From Amoebidium appalachense (taxonomy: Eukaryota; Protista; Ichthyosporea): a DNA stretch of 64,000 bases. Positions within the stretch are counted from its first letter, which is position 1. Each line of letters begins with the position of its first letter. The stretch spans positions 1,451,817-1,515,816 of the forward strand of contig CAVNZM010000013.1 in assembly GCA_963693365.1 (NCBI GenBank), read 5' to 3'. The notes beneath the pieces are model-generated. The model did not search any database and had not been told where the DNA came from. It was given only the letters and a program-made list of their open reading frames with translations. A program made the position numbers and the translations under genes. Below are positions 38,186-50,014 of the stretch, piece by piece.

Positions 38186-39201
38186 ATGTCTTCGCTCAAG
38201 ATTTCATATTTCGCCATTAAGGGGCGAGCGGAGGCTTCCCGTCTTGCCTTGTTTGTAGGGGGAATAGACTTCGCCGACGAGAGACTTTCCTTTGCGCAAT
38301 TCAAGTCGCTACAAGAGGCAGGCATTCTACCTTACGGACAATTACCCATTCTTACTCGTGACGGACAGGTTAGAAATTCTCCTTCTGCCAGCATTTTTTT
38401 ATAGGATATTTTGATTTTGGGGGGTTTGATTTGTGACGGTTTGTGTGTATGTCTTTTGATGTCTTCTCCTCCATCTTTTCAGCCCTTTAATGCACGCATC
38501 CCCCTCCCCCCCCCCCCCCCCCCACCCGTCCCCGCCCCCGGGAAGTCAAAGGGTGGAAACTCGGGTACTGTAAATTATGTGGGCCCCCTCCAGAGTGTGT
38601 AATGCATACTCCTACGTTGTGCTGTGCCCTCTGCATTGTGTTGTCCGTCATGAATGCGTGCTTCGTACTCTATGACCCCCCCCCCCCCCCCCCCCCCCCC
38701 TGCGGCCCGCGCACGAGTTTCTATCCGTCTTTTTTTCCTTGATCGTTGCTTACTGCTGCAACCTTCAACCCCAGGCCCTTCCCACTGCTCTTGCCTGTTG
38801 CCTGCTTGCATGAGTAACCCTGCTCGTCTCTGATGAAGGTGAAAGCACCCTTGCTTTCAAGTGAAGTGGTGTCTGAGTTGGATTTCGCGCACGAGGTGAA
38901 TGGGGTGGTTTGGACTGTGGATGACTTCTCCCTCCCCCTCCCCCCTCCCCCCTCCCCCCTCGCTCCCCTAAGGATGGGCTCTGCTTATGGTGCATACTCT
39001 TTGGTTTGCGCTTGCATTGTGTTGTCCGTCAAGAATGTGTGCTTCGTACTCTGCAACACATTCTAACCCCCCCCCCTCCCCCCCCCCCCCCTAGCCCCTC
39101 CCCCCCCAAACGAACACATGCATGCGGGGCCCACATTCACCCCCCCCCATACTCCTTTACCCCCCCTCCCCCCCTCCCTCCCCCCCCCCCCTCCCCCCTT
39201 T

Positions 39202-39240
<39 letters not shown>

Positions 39241-39388
39241 CACACACACACACATACACACAAACACACCAACACCCCCCTCCCCCCAGACCCACACACA
39301 CAAACACCCCGTCCCCCCCCTTCCCCCCCCCCCCCCCCCCCCCACCCCCCGTCCCCCGCCCGCGCGCCCTTCCTACCCTCCCACCCCT

Positions 39389-39419
<31 letters not shown>

Positions 39420-41230
39420 CCTCTCCCCCTCTTCCCCCCTCCTCCCCCGGGCCCTGTCCCCTCACCCCCCTTCTCCCCCCTCCCCACACACACATATACA
39501 CACCAACACATGTAACAGGTAATAGCGCAAAGCCGTACAATTCTCCGGTTCTGTGGCCGGCTGGCCAATCTCTACCCGACAGACGCCTGGGAGGCAGCAA
39601 TAGTGGATGAGGTGGTCGATACGATAGAGGACATAAACCAGATCGTCGTTAACACCTTTGAGCTTAAAGGTGAGCTGGTATACCTTATGCTTAAGGGTAC
39701 ATAACACATTGGAGCTGAAAGCCTTAGGTGAGCTTGTTTTGATTCATTGGTTTTATGCTTATGGTTTCAATAGTGGATGAGGTGGTTGATACAATAGAGG
39801 ACATAAACAAGACGGTCGTTAACACATTCGAACTTAAAGGTGACCGGGCATCCTTTGTGCTTGTGATGTCTGTGATAACGGCACTAACACACTCGAGTTT
39901 AAAGATAAGCAGGTATACCTTATGCTTATGATAACGATTTCAGAGGTAGTTAACCCCTTCGAGCTTAAAGGGGAGCGGGTAAACATTATCTGAGGACATA
40001 AACCAGATCGTCACATTCGAGCTGAAAGGTGAGCGGGTATACCACATGTTTATGATACCTATCTTAACGGAAGTTTAATGGTCTTGAGCTTAAAGGTGAC
40101 CGGATATACCTTATTCTTTTAGCGGGTATACGTTATGCCTACATTTCAACTGTGGATGGGGTGGTCTATACTATAGAGGGCATAAACCAGACCATCGTTA
40201 ACAACTTATATCTTGTCCCTGTGATTCCTATTATCTCGAACCGGGCGGTCATGAACATATTGTTTCGAGCTCTTAGGTGTTGGTTTACCTTGTGATGCTC
40301 ACGCTAGTAAAAACACTTTATCTGTGTATCACCATAGTCACATACGCAAATGTTGGCATGTAGCCACACATGTAACATGTAACCAACTTCGAATGCTCTA
40401 AACCTCTCAATACACTCACATATCAAGCAATATCGAACTTTTAGAGGAGGGTTCTAACATTGTGCACATATACAGACGAAGAGAAGAAAAGGGCGCGTGA
40501 GGCCATGCTAGTGCACCCTCTACCGTGGTTCTTTAAGGGGCTGGAGGGGAGACTGAAGCAGGCGGGCACGGGGTACTTTGTGGGCGAAAAGGTGCGTGTG
40601 TGTGTGTGTGTGGGTGGGTGGGTGGTGGTGGTGGTGTGAGTGGGTGGGTGGGTGTGGGTGGGTAGGTAGGTGGGTGGTTGGGTGGGTGGTGGGTAGGTGG
40701 GTGGATGTTTGTGGGGGGGGGGGGGGGGGGGGGAGGGAGGGGGGGGGGGGGATGAGATGGGTGTGTGTTTTGCATGCGAGTGTTGTGGGGGGGAGGGGGG
40801 AGGGGGGGGGGGGGGGGGGTTGGGTGGCGGGTGGATGGATGCGAGTGTTTTTTGGGAGGGAGGGAGGGGGGGGGGGGGGGGGGGGGGATTGGGTTGTTGG
40901 ATGTGTGCTGCAGGTGGGAAACAAGGTGTGTGTGTGTGTGTTTTTTTTGGGGGGGGGGAGGAGGGGGGTGATTGTGTATGGGCCCCCGGAGGGGGGGGGG
41001 GGGGGGTGGGGGGAGGGTTGGAAGGTTTACCTGGTTCCTTCTTCTTTTTAGAGCATCACCAATTGCCATATAAGGTAATCCTGGAACAAAGCGGTTAACT
41101 GCACCATTCTTCTTTATGGGTAACGTTGAGGCCAATCCCTGATTGGCTACTAACATCTATTTATCACAGTTGACCATTGCCGACCTTCAGGTTTACGACG
41201 CTCTCTCCTGGGTCAAATCAGGTCCCTCCT

Positions 41231-41261
<31 letters not shown>

Positions 41262-41620
41262 TCCCCCCCTCCCCCTCTAAACAACTTCTTCGTCCCCCCC
41301 CCCCCGCCTTCCTCTCCCCTCACTCCCTAATTCTCATTCCCTCCCCCCTCCCCCCCACCACCTCCCCCTCTCCCTTCCCCCCCAAAAAAAAATAAAACAT
41401 ACACACACACACATACACACACACACAGACACACACAGACACACACAGACACACACACACACCTATACCATGCACTCACCCTCCCCCGCCCAAAGCATAC
41501 GCCTCTCTTCACGAAAAGGGTGGGGAGCCTCGACCAGAGAGAAGGACAAGTGGACTGGGTGGGTAGGCAGGCGGGCAGGGGGGATGGGGGGAGAGGGTGG
41601 GAAGGGTGTTTTTTTTTTTT

Positions 41621-41680
<60 letters not shown>

Positions 41681-42572
41681 GCAACACATGTTCATGTAAC
41701 ATTGTTTTGTTTTGACATAGGTTTCGCATGCGAGGTAAGGGGTTCGGAACTCAGATGCATTTCATGACTTTATTCCCCTTCGATGATATGTACTCTAATA
41801 ATGCCATAATGCCACGCACTGCTTATGTTGCATATTACCTTGCATATTGTGCGTTGCTGATGTTGCATACTTGTGTGTTTTGGCTTTGCATGTGTCCTGC
41901 ACACCGTTTCGTTTTGTGTAGTTGTACTTCGTACCCTGCTCGGCATGCTAACCCCCCCACCCCCCTCCCTCCCCTCCTTCCCTCCTTCCCCCCCAAACCA
42001 CCACCACCACCACCACCACCACCACCACGACACACATGGAAACACACACACCAACAGGCACATGCATCAGCATTGACAATTACATACTCACTGCCCTCCC
42101 CCCTCCCCCCCCTTGCCCCCTCCCCCCTTTCTTAGCCCCCCTCCCCCCCCTCCCCCCCCCTCCCCACCCCACATACACGCACACACACCTCCCCCACCTC
42201 CATCCCCCCACCCCCAACCCCCTCATACCACCACCAACCCGTGCACGCTAGCCCACACACACACACGTGCATGCATGCACACACGCACACACAGGCACAG
42301 ACACACACAAACATGTGCGCACACACACGCGCGCACATACACACACACACACACACTCCCTCCCTCTCTCTCTCTCCCTGTCTCTCCCCGCTTCCCCCAT
42401 CACACACACACACACACGTACACGTACACGTACACACACACGTACAGGCATTCTCGACCATGTGCCCACAACAGTCCTCGACGGTTATCCCCTCCTCAGC
42501 GCCCACCTGCAAAGAGTCGACTCCCACCCAAGAGTGGCTGAATGGAACGCCGCGCACCGCAAAAAGGAGTAA
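38186..42572 (+). CDS. Glutathione S-transferase, sigma-like (208 aa); exons 38186..38368, 39519..39669, 40476..40591, 41170..41221, 42448..42572
   Basis: [14 protein letters not shown] (catalytic Tyr), [31 protein letters not shown]. All junctions are GT-AG and phase compatible, total 627 nt; the exon 4 donor (gtccct) is weak. Confidence 0.9.
38548..39065 (+). repeat. Dispersed intronic repeat, ~1.5 tandem units in GST intron 1 (a more diverged copy lies at ~41730-41945)
   Basis: tgcattgtgttgtccgtca...gaatg.gtgcttcgtactct occurs twice ~380 bp apart; aligns with 7630-7875 (minus). Confidence 0.75.
39700..40295 (+). repeat. Degenerate tandem duplications of the GST exon 2 end and its splice donor
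   Basis: Repeated variants of gaggacataaaccaga...ttcgagcttaaag|gtgagc...gtataccttatgctt. Confidence 0.85.
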
Positions 42573-42630
42573 ACGATTGGTTGGAGTCATGTGCTTGTGC
42601 TTGTGTTAAGGAATAGGTAGAGGGGTGATA

Positions 42631-42879
42631 CAGTGGCAGCTCGTGTATTAGTACGCCGTGGCATGTTGTTGTATTCTTGTATTAATACAATAGATCCTAT
42701 TAATAATTTGAAATTTGATACACAATCTTATTCAATTTAGATACATGGTACTCGATCCTATTGATACATATGCGCATTAATATAGTACGCTTTCTTATTG
42801 ATACATCCGTGCATTAAGGGCCTTAATATGGTACGCTATCCTATTGATACATTCGCATATTAATACGCTGCCATCCCTG
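42631..42879. mobile_element. Tc1/mariner-type MITE
   Basis: ta|CAGTGGCAGC ... GCTGCCATCCCTG|ta imperfect TIRs with TA flanks; internal atcctattgatac repeats. Confidence 0.55.
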
Positions 42880-43278
42880 TACGATATTATTGGGGGACTA
42901 CTAAAACCCCCCTATAACTTTATATATATTTACATAGACGCTACACCGTATATTATAACTTAGCATTGAAGCTGTTACAATCGCATATTAGTACACCTCG
43001 TGTAATGATACAGTTTGCAGCCTGATTCGAAGGCCGGGGTGCCAATACAGAAAGGACTACTTTATTAGTTGAAATGAAGGACAGGCTGTGTGTGGCGCGA
43101 GTGTGTGTATGTGTGCGTGTGCCCGTGTGTGCGCGTGCACGAGTCACTCTCTCCCTCTCTCTCTCTCTCTCCCCATCCCACTCACTCACTCTCTCCTCCC
43201 ATCCCCCCCATCCCCCCCCCCCCCCCCCCCCTTCACACACACACACCCTCTCTCCCCCCCCCCCCTCTCTCTCTCTCT

Positions 43279-43309
<31 letters not shown>

Positions 43310-43336
43310 CTCTCCCTCTATCTCTCTCTCTCTCTA

Positions 43337-43394
<58 letters not shown>

Positions 43395-44089
43395 CCTCTC
43401 CCTCTCCCTCTCCCTCTCCCTCTCCCTCTCTTCCTTTCTCTCTCTCTCTCTCTCTAGCTCTCTCCCCCCCCCCCCCCCCCTTCTCCCCCCCCCCCGGCCC
43501 CCTCTCGACCACCCACCAGAAGGCCTCCCCCCCCTCCCCCCCACACCAAAAAAGAAAGAAATTAAAATGACATATGATTTGGATTTTATCATGAGGCATG
43601 CCCCTCAAAATCCCTCGATTTGATGTTTAAAAGAAGCGCTATTCCCTGGGCGGCTGCAAAGGCAGTTGGGACAGCCAGCAAAACAAGCAAAACCAGTTAA
43701 TAGGCTTCAAGGTGAATTAACCATTTCAAAGAGTTCTGGGGTCAAATATTGTCTGATTGTGGGTCACGGCGGTACATCCGCAACTTTTAGTAAAATGGTT
43801 TTTTTTATAAGCACATGTCCGACGGTACATTCATTCATGATCAAGTTCAGGCATAGAAATTCATGATATGATTTGTTTATTTTTTTTCCAGACCAGAAGA
43901 CACGCTGAACCAGTCATAAATGACTTCCAATGGTTGATGGTGTTCGTGGTCTCCCTACAAGGTTGCCAAAATTCCAAAGCAACTTAGTGGCAATTGAGCA
44001 GTGCAGATCGGAAGATTCAAAAAGACTATCTAAAGTATTGAAATCGCACATCATTAGAACAAATCTTTAAGGTGAAATGTGTCAGCCAC

Positions 44090-45516
44090 CTATGCCTTCT
44101 CATTGTTAAAGTTGCTTGCAGTACCACTCATGTCGTTTTGGCCGACCCTCCTACCGACCCTAATGACGTACACCACGAGGCCCACAGACACCAACACATT
44201 GAACACCAACAGCCCGAGAGTGGCAGCGGCCAGGGCACTGCTGCCTGCGGCCACACCATTGCAGGCGGAGGCATTGGTGCAGTAGGTGGGTGCCCTGCGG
44301 CCCAGGAGCATGTAGTTGGACGTCAGACTCTCGGCCCACTGGCGGTCCATGTCGTAGTTGAGGGGCACGTGGGGCCGCACCAAGCCGTTGGTGCTTTGTG
44401 ACTTCGATCATGCGCAGGTTGGGGTTGGCGGGCTGGCGGTAGTAATAACGCAGTGACTTGTGGTCCCTCACCACCTGCCAGTAAGTGGTGCCCCTGTCCG
44501 TGTCCACCTGCCAGTAAGTGGTGCCCCTCTCCGTGTCAAAGTCGTAGTTGCCACGGGTACGTGTCACGCGGCATATCATAGCGTGCGCCTCGTAGACAAG
44601 GTCGACGGACGGGTCTGGGCTGACAAACGACTCTATGCCGGTGGTGCCGTTCAGCCAGCGGCCGTTTGCGCGCACGGCTGCCTCCTGCATGACGAGGAGA
44701 GACGAGAACCGGTCGGGGCCATCAAAACTACCCGATGTGCGCTGGACCTCCTTGAGACTGGCTCGAGAAACGGCGGAGATATCCGACAGCTGGGTGAGGT
44801 TGAAGCGAGCAACCACCATCTCTCTCATCTGCTCGAAGAAGGGGGCGTTTGTTATCACCATGCCGTCGTTGTTGTCGTAGATGCAAGTACGTGCCCCTGC
44901 CTTCTCCGCATACGGCATGTTCTTGGCAAAGCACTCAGAGGCCTTGTCTTTGTCCTTGTTGCCCACATACTCCACAATGATGGATTCACTGGAAGGTCCA
45001 GTGCAGGCCCATGAACCCACCCAGCTGGCCCATCACGGGCGCATACGCGTCCACTATCTGATACTTCTCGATCTCTGCCTTCACACACGCAACGGTGTCA
45101 CATACGGAGAGCAGACAGGGGTGTGTTGTACATGGGGAGAGACGGTCGGGGGGTCCTCGGCGACAGCCAGCGGATACAAAGACGCGGGGAGAGCGAGCAG
45201 GCCCACACCCAGGCCGGCCTCGTTCAGACCGTCGACGGCATGGTTGACGCCCAGGCCGCCTAGGTAGACACTGCCGTACTTGGCCGTGGCGGTAGGCATG
45301 GTGCACGTGTGCCTGGTGCAGTTGCGAGGGACGAAGTCAAAGGGAATGGCATGGCCCCGTGCCATGGACCAAATCTCGGTGTTGAGGTCTGGGATGCCCC
45401 AATCCATTGAGCGGGCTGAGACGGGGTAGGTTTTGCCGAGTGGCGAAGGAGGAAGTTGCTGCATGCCTGCGCACCTTGGAGGGCTGCCGCGAGAGTTATA
45501 AGTGCTTCGGCGCCAT
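44090..45516 (-). pseudogene. Choloylglycine hydrolase/penicillin V acylase family pseudogene
   Basis: Highly similar to 50015-51427, but with a 1 bp deletion in codon 6, further frameshifts (~45430, ~45130, ~44990, ~44390) and a 33 bp tandem duplication (DTERGTTYWQV/DTDRGTTYWQV). Confidence 0.9.
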
Positions 45517-45671
45517 CACGTCGAAAAGGTTTGATCAATTTTTCGGTGCCAACTGCGGTGCACCCTTCAGGCCTTCTTTATATACTTTTTAATGTGTATC
45601 ATCCTCCAATCAACACTCTGAAAGCTTTATGCATATGGCTGGAATGCATGATCATGATCGGAAGTCTCGAA

Positions 45672-45867
45672 GGGGTTTACGCTGTTTACTCGAGGCAAAG
45701 AGAACCAGTCTCAGGTATGGGGGGGGGGGTTTTGCTCGGAATATCCCCTCAGCGGTATATCATGATCACGTACATAGATGTCGGGTGGTGACTATATATC
45801 AGGGTTTACTTTCTCTACGAGACACCATAAAGACTACAAGGAGAAATCAATTAGTTGGGGTTCCCCC

Positions 45868-45932
<65 letters not shown>

Positions 45933-45964
45933 GGGCTCCCCTCGGGACACTCGGTATCAGCTGG

Positions 45965-46029
<65 letters not shown>

Positions 46030-48763
46030 TGCGCTATAATTTTGTAGTGATGTGTTTCTCAAGCCAATCAATACATCTAATAAACAGGTCGTAGTTACGC
46101 GTGTTTAGTATAAAATCAAGGATGTTGTAATTTACAGGTAGGCTATCTTTCTGGGTGTCTGTTGTGAATGTGACGTGTGTGTGTTGCGGTATTATGTGGT
46201 CTATCAAACTACATTTGGCGATACATGACCGGTTAAACTGGTGTGTGTGTGTGTTGTTTGGGCATGCAAATGATGCCACCTTATACTTATTAGATCTCCA
46301 CTGTATAGCACGTGTACAGTAAAAGCGTGGTAATTGATCAATAATACCATCAGCTAGAGAAAGACCAGTTCTACAGGAAGGTAATATGTATTTAGGTGTT
46401 ATACACTTGCGAGTGCCATATTTGGCAATATGGTTGAGGCGGTCAGTATATATAAAACGAGACATAAGGCTTAGTTTTTCAAGGTGTATGCTTTCATCGG
46501 GTCTAGTGTCGTTTGGTATCTTTTTCCATTTGTTATATTGCGTGATTATCTTGTGATTGTGTACATGTTTAATAAGTAAGTGGCAGTCCAAAGTCACACA
46601 CACACTATTGCGGGGTTTATTTGTATTTGTGCCCAGGGGAGAAGGGGAGAGAGAGGGGAGGAAAGAGGGGAGAGGTGAGGAGGGGACAGGTCGGATAGAG
46701 AAGAGAGGGTGGGAGGGCAAATACTTCTTTAAGCGGCTTATGTGCTTATTGAATTTCAGCGCGAGATAGGATACTCTAGCAGCTATTGGGACCAGACCAT
46801 ATATCGAGAGCGTTACAGGCCCAGGTTTACAACAGTTGTTAGATAGAAAGGAGGCAACTTCTGCTTCAAGGAAATTTGCCAAGGGTTTAAGCGCTCTAGT
46901 TCTCTCTTTCTTGATCCAAGCGGCGAGAAGGGGTAAACCATATTCACATGCCGGGAAGACAAAAGTGCGAATAAATGTAAGTCTAATAGAAGGATGGAGG
47001 GGTGTGTCTTTAAAAATATTAGCCGAGAAGAAAGCTAACCGCTTACGAGCCAACTCTACCCTCTTTTCGACCATATGGGGAAACATAACACCAACAGAAT
47101 CAACCGGAACACCAAGATATTTGTATTCTGGAACTATAGGTACAGGTTTAGATGATAATGTAAATGTGTGTAAATTGTTAGCTATATCAGGTACAAGAAC
47201 ACCACATTTGTCTATGTTAAGGATCATAAGGTTTGCCTTGCACCACTCTGACACTACATCGAACAATCTTTGCAGGCGTCTAGGGGTACGGGCAAGGAGG
47301 GACAGATCATCAGCATAGAGAAGTGCAGGCGGAAAGTTATTAATAGGGTCATCGTTTTCGGCGTAAATCTTGACAGCCAAATCATCTATAAATAGGTTAA
47401 ACAAAAAGGGGCTAAGCAATGAGCCCTGCAAGAGACCTCTAGTACGAGCAAAACCATATGAAAGATGCCCATTAACCACAGCTCTACCATAGGTTTGAGA
47501 CAAGAGTGCTTCTAACAGAACACCAATGCAGTGTGGTACACCCCGTGCAGCAAGCTTTTCCCATAGGAGACCAGGGGAGACAGAATCGTAAGCAGTTTTC
47601 CAATCAATAAAGCCAACATATTGTGCACCAACTTGCATAGAATCGTGCAGTGCCATTATTTGAACATAACATGAATTGTTTTTACGAAAAGCGGATTGGC
47701 ATGGGTGTATGTGAAGAATAGATTGAAACCTAGGGTGATGTGCAAATAACCTAAGTAAGCAAGCTTCAAAGAATCTACGAACAACCTGGGTTAGTGTAAT
47801 GGGGCGAAAGGATGATATGGGGCCCTCAGAGTCCTTCTTAACTATGGGGATCACTAAGGTATCTAACCAAGATGACGGGACATGTCCACATTTAACACAC
47901 CAAGAAAAGAGAGAGCTTAACATGATAGTAAGATCAGGTTTAATAGCACGATCACTTTCCTTTTGTGGGTAGGAGGGAACAAGGATTTTAAGAAACCCAG
48001 CAGGGAGTCCATCAGGTCCACAAGACTTACTAGAGCTATAACTAGATATCACAGACCATATGGCATCGGGACTGAAAAAGGGGAGGATCGATTCTATGGG
48101 GATAGATGGGTCTACAGGCCACACAATAGGTTTCTGAGCGGGGGTCCTATCTTTAAACAGTTCCGAGAAATACTTATCAGAGTCTATGAGGGGGTCTCCA
48201 GTGGTATCACCAATAATACGAGCAGGGGGGCCAAATCGATTCATACTAGCAAGCCGGCGCAAGCTTTCCTTTTGAGACAGGGGTTCACCTAGTCTAGCGG
48301 GAGTGGTGTTTGGTAACAAGAGAGCATCGGGATATTCCTTCCTACCACCGCCAGCATAATCACCGAGATCTATCAAATCATCAACAATAAAGTTAGTGCA
48401 TGTATCTAGTACGAGATGTGAATCTGGCCTGGCTTGTGCAGATTCTAATAGGCGCATATATATAGGGTGTTTCGTAGCATAGCATACACATACATCAACT
48501 CTACCCCACTGTGACTTAAGCTGGGATAGACGGAGGCGAAAGGTGGGAGGGGGAGGGGGGAGCAGATCAAGGGAGATCTTAGGTAGGAAAAGGATAGGAG
48601 AGTGGTCAGATGACCTAGAGAGGTTAGGAGGGAGAGAGAGTTTTGACATGGTTGATGGCCAAAAGGCCACTCCCCAGTCGGTGTTGTGGGCATGGGATAT
48701 TTGAGGGAACCGCAAAGTGTGACTTTGGACATACCTTGCTAAAGGGATAGCACGCTCCGGGGG
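45672..48763 (-). mobile_element. LINE copy 2, 5'-truncated inside the endonuclease domain
   Basis: Near-identical to 12613-15700, including the (CA)n, poly(A) and post-poly(A) tail; no clear TSD. Confidence 0.95.
46034..48715 (-). CDS. LINE ORF2 (5'-truncated), reverse transcriptase intact
   Basis: 893 codons open; all RT motifs present, including LYADD. Confidence 0.85.
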   Translation of the reverse strand: MRFPQISHAHNTDWGVAFWPSTMSKLSLPPNLSRSSDHSPILFLPKISLDLLPPPPPTFRLRLSQLKSQWGRVDVCVCYATKHPIYMRLLESAQARPDSHLVLDTCTNFIVDDLIDLGDYAGGGRKEYPDALLLPNTTPARLGEPLSQKESLRRLASMNRFGPPARIIGDTTGDPLIDSDKYFSELFKDRTPAQKPIVWPVDPSIPIESILPFFSPDAIWSVISSYSSSKSCGPDGLPAGFLKILVPSYPQKESDRAIKPDLTIMLSSLFSWCVKCGHVPSSWLDTLVIPIVKKDSEGPISSFRPITLTQVVRRFFEACLLRLFAHHPRFQSILHIHPCQSAFRKNNSCYVQIMALHDSMQVGAQYVGFIDWKTAYDSVSPGLLWEKLAARGVPHCIGVLLEALLSQTYGRAVVNGHLSYGFARTRGLLQGSLLSPFLFNLFIDDLAVKIYAENDDPINNFPPALLYADDLSLLARTPRRLQRLFDVVSEWCKANLMILNIDKCGVLVPDIANNLHTFTLSSKPVPIVPEYKYLGVPVDSVGVMFPHMVEKRVELARKRLAFFSANIFKDTPLHPSIRLTFIRTFVFPACEYGLPLLAAWIKKERTRALKPLANFLEAEVASFLSNNCCKPGPVTLSIYGLVPIAARVSYLALKFNKHISRLKKYLPSHPLFSIRPVPSSPLPSFLPSLSPSPLGTNTNKPRNSVCVTLDCHLLIKHVHNHKIITQYNKWKKIPNDTRPDESIHLEKLSLMSRFIYTDRLNHIAKYGTRKCITPKYILPSCRTGLSLADGIIDQLPRFYCTRAIQWRSNKYKVASFACPNNTHTHQFNRSCIAKCSLIDHIIPQHTHVTFTTDTQKDSLPVNYNILDFILNTRNYDLFIRCIDWLEKHITTKL

Positions 48764-49389
48764 TTTCCGTGCGTCATCGCGGCGTCATTATTTCTTGTGG
48801 CAACCCTAGAAATTATCGAAGAAGTAAAGAAGCTGACGTAAAGAAGGTGACGGAGTATTTATTATAAATGGAATTTTAATACACATCAACTGTTCATTAC
48901 TGGGCGTTTTGTAGGTTTAGTGGGCAAAAAAGTTGAAAAGGCTCAGCGCAGTTCTAATGGATCATTAGACGTCGTTGAAGCGCACGCACAGTGCTGTGTG
49001 ACGTCAAACTCACATACAAACACACGGACAGACGGATGGCTTTACCATTCATCACCAACCAATCAAACAACAGTAATCCCGTTGGCCAATGAGCTCTTTC
49101 AGCTATTTTTAGAACAGAGATCTGAGCCCCAGGCTACACGGTCGCCGTGTAATGAAATGAAGCGAGCACTATATTAATAAAATAAACTCATTTATTTCTT
49201 CATTTCTGAATGCAGTTTTATGCATCCGAAAAGGAGATTCTGACCAGGTGAAGGAAGAACGCTATCTATCAGACTGCCTTTGCCATTAGTCAGTGAGGCT
49301 TTTCTTTGATTCGATGTGGCCTGGCCGCCTGGGGATCGGGGGAATTTCCCAAATTCCTGGAATCCATCCTGCGTTGCCCCCCTCAAAGG

Positions 49390-49430
49390 TGATTGGAGGA
49401 TCTTTGGAACCTAGAAGCTATATAATCAGG
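49390..49430 (+). promoter_or_regulatory. Putative core promoter of the hydrolase gene (reverse CCAAT box and TATA box)
   Basis: gattggaggat...tatataa...aggcc is shared with the upstream region of the pseudogene paralog (45570-45615, minus). Confidence 0.55.
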
Positions 49431-49473
49431 CCCAAGCGGTTGCACAAATCATTCCGCTCAACAACGTTGCACA

Positions 49474-49606
49474 ATAGCCTACCTGTAAATTACAACATCC
49501 TTGATTTTATACTAAACACGCGTAACTACGACCTGTTTATTAGATGTATTGATTGGCTTGAGAAACACATCACTACAAAATTATAGCGCACGCGCACACA
49601 CACACA

Positions 49607-49657
<51 letters not shown>

Positions 49658-49689
49658 CCAGCTGATACCGAGTGTCCCGAGGGGAGCCC

Positions 49690-49750
<61 letters not shown>

Positions 49751-49947
49751 GGGGAACCCCAACTAATTGATTTCTCCTTGTAGTCTTTATGGTGTCTCGT
49801 AGAGAAAGTAAACCCTGATATATAGTCACCACCCGACATCTATGTACGTGATCATGATATACCGCTGAGGGGATATTCCGAGCAAAACCCCCCCCCCCCC
49901 ATACCTGAGACTGGTTCTCTTTGCCTCGAGTAAACAGCGTAAACCCC
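49474..49947 (+). mobile_element. LINE copy 3, short 3' fragment
   Basis: Last ~37 codons of ORF2, (CA)n, poly(A) and the complete tail ending GTAAACCCC. Confidence 0.95.
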
Positions 49948-50014
49948 ATTGCAATCACTTCCCGTTCAGTCGCAGACCTACCTTCACGAATTCGTGAAGG
50001 TCACGGAAGCTGAA

